This document shows positions 58,355 through 64,000 of a DNA stretch of 64,000 nt, in pieces. Source of the stretch: Candidatus Tepidifontimicrobium thermophilum (GTDB lineage: Bacteria; Sysuimicrobiota; Sysuimicrobiia; Sysuimicrobiales; Sysuimicrobiaceae); contig JAVKHO010000016.1 in assembly GCA_031459915.1 (NCBI GenBank), positions 1-64,000 on the forward strand, in the 5' to 3' direction. The notes beneath the pieces are model-generated. The model saw only the letters and a list, made by a program, of their open reading frames with translations. It did no database searches and had not been told where the DNA came from. Position numbers and translations under genes: made by a program. Within the stretch, counting starts at the first letter, position 1. Each line of letters opens with the position of its first letter.

Positions 58355-58711
58355 TCAGTCCTTCACCAGCTCCAGGTAAGCCATGGGCGCCGCATCTCCG
58401 CGCCGGGGGGCGTCCTTCACGATCCGCGTGTAGCCGCCCCGGCCGCGAGGGTAACGGGGAGCAATGGTGCTGAACAGCTTCCGCAGCGCCTCCTTGTCCT
58501 GTACCAAGCGCGCCGCCTGCCGCCGGGCGTGCAGGGTCCCCTCCTGGGCCAGGGCGATGAGCTTGTCGGCCACCTTCTTGGCCTCCTTGGCCTTGGCCTC
58601 CGTGGTGTGGATGCGCTCATACCGGATCAGCGCCGTCACCAGGTCCCGGAACAGCGCCCGGCGCTCGCCCGTGTCCCTTCCGAGCTTGCGTGTCTTCACC
58701 CCGGTTCCCAT
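58355..58711 (-). CDS. rplQ: 50S ribosomal protein L17
   Basis: [24 protein letters not shown]. Confidence 0.97.
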   Translation of the reverse strand: MGTGVKTRKLGRDTGERRALFRDLVTALIRYERIHTTEAKAKEAKKVADKLIALAQEGTLHARRQAARLVQDKEALRKLFSTIAPRYPRGRGGYTRIVKDAPRRGDAAPMAYLELVKD

Positions 58712-58729
58712 GGCGTCCCGTCCCCCGCG

Positions 58730-59683
58730 TCAGGAAGAGCTGGCCTTGCGCAGGGAGAGGCCCAGAGCGGCCAGCTTCTCCGTGACCTCCTCCAGGGACT
58801 TGCGGCCGAAGTTCTTGACGTTGGCGATCTCCTCCTCCGTCCGCTGCACCAGGTCCCCGATGGTGTGGATCCCCGCCCGCTTCAGGCAGTTGTAGGGCCG
58901 GACGGACAGTTCCAGCTCCTCGATGGGCGTCTGGAGGAGTCGCGCCATCTCGGGGTCCGTGGCACCCGCGGAGGCGGCCTCCCCTTCGGTGATCCCGCCC
59001 ACCAGCCGGAAGTGGTCAATGAGCAGCCGGCTGGCCTCCGCGATGGCCTCGTCGGGCCGGACCACGCCGTTGGTCCACACCTCCAGGACCAGCCGCTCCA
59101 GCTCCGCCCCCGCCCCCACGCGGGTGTCCTCCACGGTGTAGTTGACCTTCTGCACGGGGGAGAAGATGGAGTCGACGGGGATCACCCCGATGACGTGCTC
59201 GCTCTTCCGGTGCTTCTCCGCGGGCACGTACCCCTTGCCGCGCTCCACCACGATCTCCATCGCGAGCCGTGCGTCCTTCCGGTCCAGGGTGGCGATCACC
59301 AGGTCGGGGTTGAGGATCTCCACCTCCGGGTCTGGCTGGATGTCCGCGGCGGTGACCTCCCGCTTCCCCTTCGCCTCCAGCCGCAGCAGCTTCGGCTTGT
59401 CCGTGTGCAGCCTCAGGGTCAACTCCTTCAGGTTCAGGAGGATCTGCGTCACGTCCTCCACCACCCCGGGGATGGTGCTGAACTCGTGCAGCACGCCCTC
59501 GATCTTCACCGAGGTGACCGCCGCCCCGGTGATGGACGACAGCAGCACCCGGCGCAGGGCGTTGCCCACGGTCACCCCGAAGCCCCGCTCCAGGGGCTCC
59601 ACCACCAGTCGGGCGTACGTGTCGGACAGCTCCGCGTACTCCACCTTGGGCTTGGTGAGTTCCCACAGACTGAAGATGCTCAT
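58730..59683 (-). CDS. rpoA: RNA polymerase alpha subunit
   Basis: EPLERGFG, GNALRRVLLSS, LELSVR, NFGRKS. Confidence 0.97.
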   Translation of the reverse strand: MSIFSLWELTKPKVEYAELSDTYARLVVEPLERGFGVTVGNALRRVLLSSITGAAVTSVKIEGVLHEFSTIPGVVEDVTQILLNLKELTLRLHTDKPKLLRLEAKGKREVTAADIQPDPEVEILNPDLVIATLDRKDARLAMEIVVERGKGYVPAEKHRKSEHVIGVIPVDSIFSPVQKVNYTVEDTRVGAGAELERLVLEVWTNGVVRPDEAIAEASRLLIDHFRLVGGITEGEAASAGATDPEMARLLQTPIEELELSVRPYNCLKRAGIHTIGDLVQRTEEEIANVKNFGRKSLEEVTEKLAALGLSLRKASSS

Positions 59684-59714
59684 CGCCTTCAACCTCCCCG
59701 TCTCCTGCCGAACG

Positions 59715-60338
59715 CTACCTGGAGTAGAACTCCACCACCAGCTGCTCCTGGACCGGCACGTCGATGGCCTGCCGGTCCGGCAGGCTCAGCACCCGGCCCT
59801 CCAGGCGCTGCGGGTCGAACTCCAGCCACGGGGGCGGCTGCCGTCCCCCGGACTCCACCAGCAGGCGGACGCGGGGGTTCCGCTGGCCCCGCGGCGTAAG
59901 GCCCACCACCTGCCCGGGCCGGACCAGGTAGGAGGGAATGGTGACCTTCCGGCCGTCCACCGCCACGTGTCCGTGCACCACCAGCTGGCGGGCCTCCTTC
60001 CGGGAAGAGGCCAGGCCCAGCCGGTACACCACGTTGTCCAGCCGGGACTCCAGCAGCTGCAGCAGGCGGGTGCCCGTGACCCCCTTGAACCGCGCAGCCT
60101 CCTGGAAGTACCGCCGGAACTGCGCCTCGTGGACCCCGTAGATCCGGCGCAGCTTCTGCTTCTCCCGCAGCCGGATGGCGTACTCTGAGGGCTTCCGCCG
60201 GCTGGGGGGGTGCATCCCCGGCGGCTTCGCCCGCTTCACCACCGGGCACTTGTCCGTGTAGCACTTCTCGCCCTTCAGGTACAGCTTGAGCCCCTCGCGG
60301 CGGCACAGCCGGCACACCGCGTCGTGGTATCGTCCCAT
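59715..60338 (-). CDS. rpsD: 30S ribosomal protein S4 (zinc-binding type)
   Basis: CRLCRREG...KC...[16 protein letters not shown]. Confidence 0.97.
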   Translation of the reverse strand: MGRYHDAVCRLCRREGLKLYLKGEKCYTDKCPVVKRAKPPGMHPPSRRKPSEYAIRLREKQKLRRIYGVHEAQFRRYFQEAARFKGVTGTRLLQLLESRLDNVVYRLGLASSRKEARQLVVHGHVAVDGRKVTIPSYLVRPGQVVGLTPRGQRNPRVRLLVESGGRQPPPWLEFDPQRLEGRVLSLPDRQAIDVPVQEQLVVEFYSR

Positions 60339-60441
60339 GAATCCCTTCCCTCCGTTCCGGCAGACACCCGGGCCCCTGGCCCGGGACCCCGCCTCTCAGC
60401 CGGACTGCGGGGTGTCGCTGTCCCCTCTCGAGTCTCTCGGA

Positions 60442-60828
60442 TCAGACCCGACGCCGCTTCGGCGGCCGGCAGCCGTTGTGGGGCACCGGCGTGACGTCCT
60501 TGATCAGGCTGATGTCCAGCCCCGCGGCCTGCAGGGACCGGATGGCGGCCTCCCGCCCGGGGCCGGGACCCTTCACATACACCTCCACCTGCCGGACCCC
60601 GTGCTCCATCGCCTTCTTGGCCGCCGCTTCCGCCGCCAGGCCCGCCGCGAAGGGGGTCCCCTTACGGGAACCCTTGAACCCCTGGGTGCCCGCGCTGGCC
60701 CACGCCAGCACGTTCCCCTGCGGGTCGGTGATGGTCACGATGGTGTTGTTGAAAGTCGACTGGATGTGTGCGTGCCCCAGGGGCACGTTCTTGCGCTCGC
60801 GCCGGCGCGTCCGGCCCTTCTTCGCCAT
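60442..60828 (-). CDS. rpsK: 30S ribosomal protein S11
   Basis: [28 protein letters not shown]. Confidence 0.97.
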   Translation of the reverse strand: MAKKGRTRRRERKNVPLGHAHIQSTFNNTIVTITDPQGNVLAWASAGTQGFKGSRKGTPFAAGLAAEAAAKKAMEHGVRQVEVYVKGPGPGREAAIRSLQAAGLDISLIKDVTPVPHNGCRPPKRRRV

Positions 60829-60840
60829 CCCTGTGACCTC

Positions 60841-61224
60841 CTACTTCTTGGCCACGGCCCGCTTCTTGATCCCCACGGTCTTCCGCGGTCCCTTGCGGGT
60901 GCGCGCGTTGGTGCGGGTGCGCTGGCCCCGCACCGGCAGGCCCCGCTTGTGGCGGATCCCCCGGTAGCAGCCGATCTCCACCAGGCGGCGGATGTTCATG
61001 GCCACTTCCCGCCGGAGGTCCCCCTCCACCTTGTAGTGCCGCTCGACCACGTCCCGCAGCCGCGCCACCTCGTCCTCCGTGAGGTTGCGGACCCGCGTCT
61101 CTGGCTTCACCCCCGCCCGCAGGAGGATCTCGTAGGCGCGGGACCACCCGATCCCGTAGATGTAGGTCAGCGCTACGTCCACCCGCTTGTCCCGGGGCAG
61201 GTCGACACCGGCGATGCGCGCCAT
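60841..61224 (-). CDS. rpsM: 30S ribosomal protein S13
   Basis: [26 protein letters not shown]. Confidence 0.97.
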   Translation of the reverse strand: MARIAGVDLPRDKRVDVALTYIYGIGWSRAYEILLRAGVKPETRVRNLTEDEVARLRDVVERHYKVEGDLRREVAMNIRRLVEIGCYRGIRHKRGLPVRGQRTRTNARTRKGPRKTVGIKKRAVAKK

Positions 61225-61234
61225 GCCCGCCTCC

Positions 61235-61348
61235 CTAGCCCTGCTTCTGCTTGTGCTTGGGGTTCTCGCAGATCACCCGCACCCGGCCGTGCCGGCGGAT
61301 GATCTTGCATTTCTCACACATCCTCCGCACCGAAGCCCGAACCTTCAT
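61235..61348 (-). CDS. rpmJ: 50S ribosomal protein L36 (below the ORF-track length cutoff)
   Basis: Manual translation [37 protein letters not shown]. Confidence 0.96.
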   Translation of the reverse strand: MKVRASVRRMCEKCKIIRRHGRVRVICENPKHKQKQG

Positions 61349-61361
61349 CCTCCCTCACCTC

Positions 61362-61586
61362 TTACCGGTAGCGGTACGTGATGCGGCCCCGGCTGGGGTC
61401 GTACGGCGACAGCTCCACCTTGACCCGGTCCCCGGGGGAGATCCGGATGAAGTGGATCCGCATCTTCCCCGAGATGTGGGCGAGCACCCGGTGTCCGCTC
61501 GGCAGCTCCACCCGGAACATGCCGTTGGGCAGCACCTCCACCACGGTGCCCTCCACCTCGATGGCTTGTTCCTTCTTCGCCGTCAT
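61362..61586 (-). CDS. infA: Translation initiation factor IF-1
   Basis: [21 protein letters not shown]. Confidence 0.97.
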   Translation of the reverse strand: MTAKKEQAIEVEGTVVEVLPNGMFRVELPSGHRVLAHISGKMRIHFIRISPGDRVKVELSPYDPSRGRITYRYR

Positions 61587-61620
61587 CCCCGTCCGAGCCC
61601 GGACCGCACGAAGTTTTATG

Positions 61621-62400
61621 TTACCAGGGATTCTCCCCGTCGTCCAACAGGGTGAGGATCTCGTAGCCGTCCTCGGTCACCGCCACCGTGTGCTCGAAGT
61701 GAGCCGACAGCCGCCCGTCCGCGGTGCGCACGGTCCAGCCGTCCCCGTCCACCACCGCCCGCCAGGTCCCCTCGTTCACCATGGGCTCCACCGCGATCAC
61801 CACGCCCGGCCGCAGGACCATCCCCTTGCCGGGTTTCCCAAAGTTGGGCACCTGCGGGTCTTCGTGCAGGGACCGCCCGACCCCGTGGCCCGCGAACTGC
61901 CGGACCACGGAGTAGCCGTGTGACTCCACGAAGGACTGCACCGCGTAGCCCACGTCCCCCAGCCGGGCCCCTGGCCGGACCGCCTCGATGCCCCGAAACA
62001 AGGCCTCCTCGGTGACCTGCAGCAGCCGCCGAACCCGCGGGGGGATCGGCCCCACCGGGAAGGTGGCCGCCACGTCCCCGTGGTACCCGTCCACCAGGGC
62101 GCCCAGATCCACCTTCACCAAGTCCCCCTCCTTCAGCACCCGCCGTCCGGGGATGCCGTGCACGATCTCGTCGTTGACGGAGATACACGCGCTGGCGGGG
62201 AACCCCCGGTACCCCAAAAACGAGGGGGACCCTCCGAGGGACCGGATGGCCTGGTAGGCTACCCGGTCCAGCGCCCCCGTGGTGGTGCCTGGCCGCACAG
62301 CCCGGCCCACTTCCCGCAGGGCCAGGGCTGCCACGCGGCCCGCGCGGCGCATGCGCTCCAGCTCCCTGGGGCTCTTGACGAAGACCCCCGCCACCGCCAT
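61621..62400 (-). CDS. map: Type I methionine aminopeptidase
   Basis: [31 protein letters not shown]. Confidence 0.96.
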   Translation of the reverse strand: MAVAGVFVKSPRELERMRRAGRVAALALREVGRAVRPGTTTGALDRVAYQAIRSLGGSPSFLGYRGFPASACISVNDEIVHGIPGRRVLKEGDLVKVDLGALVDGYHGDVAATFPVGPIPPRVRRLLQVTEEALFRGIEAVRPGARLGDVGYAVQSFVESHGYSVVRQFAGHGVGRSLHEDPQVPNFGKPGKGMVLRPGVVIAVEPMVNEGTWRAVVDGDGWTVRTADGRLSAHFEHTVAVTEDGYEILTLLDDGENPW

Positions 62401-62402
62401 GG

Positions 62403-63059
62403 CTACAAGACACCCGCCTGTCGGAGGGCTGCCTCCACGCGCCGACCCACCTCCTCGGGGTCCGCGGAGGCGTCCACGGTGTGCAACAGGCCCCGCGCAC
62501 GGTAGTATTCCACCAGCGGGGCGGTCTGCCGCGCGTACACCTCCAGTCGCCGCTCCACGGTCTCGGGCCGGTCGTCCTCCCGCTGGACGAGCTCGCTGCC
62601 GTCGTGGTCGCATCGCCCCGGGACCTGCGGCGGGCTGTAGAGCTCGTGGAAGACGTGCCCGTGGGCCTGGCACACCCACCGGCCGGAGAGCCTGCGGACC
62701 AGGGCATCCCGGGGGACCTCAAACAGCAACACCGCCTGGACCTTGCGACCCATGCCGTCCAGGAGGCGGTCCAGCCCCTCCGCCTGCGGCACGGTGCGGG
62801 GGAATCCGTCCAGGATGAACCCCCGGGCAGCGTCGGGCTGGCGCAGGCGCTCGGCTACCACCTCCAGCATGATGTCGTCGGGCACCAGGTCCCCTCGGTC
62901 GTAGTACGACCGAGCCCTGCGGCCCAGCTCGGAGCCGGAGGCCATGGCCTCCCGGAGGATGTCGCCGGTGGCGATGTGGGGAACGCCGAACCGCTCCGCC
63001 AGGCGGTGGGCCTGGGTCCCCTTGCCCGCCCCCGGGGGGCCCAGGAGCACCACGTTCAC
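62403..63059 (-). CDS. adk: Adenylate kinase
   Basis: GPPGAGKGTQ, ATGDILR, LDGFPRT, REDD. Confidence 0.96.
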   Translation of the reverse strand: MNVVLLGPPGAGKGTQAHRLAERFGVPHIATGDILREAMASGSELGRRARSYYDRGDLVPDDIMLEVVAERLRQPDAARGFILDGFPRTVPQAEGLDRLLDGMGRKVQAVLLFEVPRDALVRRLSGRWVCQAHGHVFHELYSPPQVPGRCDHDGSELVQREDDRPETVERRLEVYARQTAPLVEYYRARGLLHTVDASADPEEVGRRVEAALRQAGVL

Positions 63060-64000
63060 CGCATGAACCCCTCGTAGTGGCGCATCAGCACGTACGCCTC
63101 GATCTGCTTCATGGTCTCCAGGGCCACTCCCACCACGATGAGCAGAGAGGTGCCCGCCAGGTACAGGGTGAGGCCTGCGGTCTGACGGAACAGCAGGGGG
63201 AAGACGGCGATCACGGCCAGGAACAGGGCGCCCACGAAGGTCAGCCGTTCGGTGACCCTCATGAGGAACTCCCCGGTGGGCCGGCCGGGCCGAATCCCCG
63301 GGATGAACCCCCCGTACTTCTTGATGTTCTCGCTGATCTCGTGGGGGTCGAACTGCACCGCAGTGTAGAAGTACGTGAACACCACGATGAGGATCGCGTA
63401 CAGCACCGTCCCGAGGGGGTGCTGGCCCGGCTGCAGCCGGTTGCCCCAGTCCACCAGGGGTTCCCACCGTACGAAGGAAGCCACGGTGGCGGGGAACTGC
63501 AGCACCGAGATGGCGAAGATGATGGGGATCACGCCGGCCTGCACGATGCGCAGGGGGATGTGGGTCGTCTGGCCTCCCAGAACCCGCCGACCCACCACGC
63601 GCTTCGCGTACTGGACCGGAATCCGCCGCGTGGCCTGGGTGACCAGGATCACCGCCACGATGCTGGCCAGCACCAGCACGATGTCTGCCAGCAGCCACCC
63701 TACGGAGGTGCTGCCCACCCGCACCTGGGCCACCGTGGCCGCCAGCTGACGCGGAATCCGGGCCACGATCCCCCCGAAGATGAGCAGGGACACCCCGTTG
63801 CCCACCCCGTGTTCGGTCATCACCTCACCCATCCACGTGAGGACCATGGAGCCCGCCACCAGGGTGGACAGGATCAGGGCCCAGTTGAGGGGGCTGAAGT
63901 CGGTGATGGCCCGACCCTGCGAGAAGGCCTGGATGAGCCCTGTCTGGCCCCACCCCTGCAGCGCCGCCAGCGGGATGGTGAGGTACAGCGTGTACCACCC
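63056..64000 (-). CDS. secY: Preprotein translocase SecY (5' part outside the window)
   Basis: GVGNGVSL, AGVIPIIFA, FIPGIRPG, GTSLLIVVGV. Confidence 0.96.
   Translation of the reverse strand, partial: GWYTLYLTIPLAALQGWGQTGLIQAFSQGRAITDFSPLNWALILSTLVAGSMVLTWMGEVMTEHGVGNGVSLLIFGGIVARIPRQLAATVAQVRVGSTSVGWLLADIVLVLASIVAVILVTQATRRIPVQYAKRVVGRRVLGGQTTHIPLRIVQAGVIPIIFAISVLQFPATVASFVRWEPLVDWGNRLQPGQHPLGTVLYAILIVVFTYFYTAVQFDPHEISENIKKYGGFIPGIRPGRPTGEFLMRVTERLTFVGALFLAVIAVFPLLFRQTAGLTLYLAGTSLLIVVGVALETMKQIEAYVLMRHYEGFMR

Overview
Very GC-rich bacterial chromosome segment, with almost all genes on the minus strand. The gene set (SpoVS, IreB/ReoM, CsaB/TagA, ECF module, PilMNOP) suggests a Terrabacteria lineage; that is inference only. 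From left to right: (1) a type IV pilus locus with pilMNOP and two paralogous minor-pilin quartets, two near-consensus sigma54 promoters and a c-di-GMP-I (GEMM) riboswitch with terminator; (2) a REP-associated tyrosine transposase (RAYT) flanked by palindromic REP-like repeats built from a 13-nt unit, including a 6-copy tandem array in the 3' end of a metallophosphoesterase gene, with a densely base-paired ~280-nt segment overlapping the RAYT 3' end; (3) peptide and sugar ABC transporters, an ACT/radical-SAM/aeRF1-like/ADH cluster and a MoxR-DUF58-VWA-VWA operon; (4) housekeeping genes: tRNA-Glu, tRNA-Gln, gltX, prs, spoVS, tagA, csaB, frameshifted prfB, secA, hpf; (5) a stand-alone nuoB-D-I-C module, an atypical murA next to its regulator ireB/reoM, menG, a CAT-anticodon tRNA, truA, ecfAAT and the alpha/spc operon end (rplQ to partial secY). 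The best candidate for an undescribed system is the RAYT/13-mer repeat/structured-RNA element, which also shares a promoter-like motif with the second minor-pilin operon. All calls come from reading the sequence; no searches or folding programs were run. Many start codons were adjusted by hand from the ORF track.
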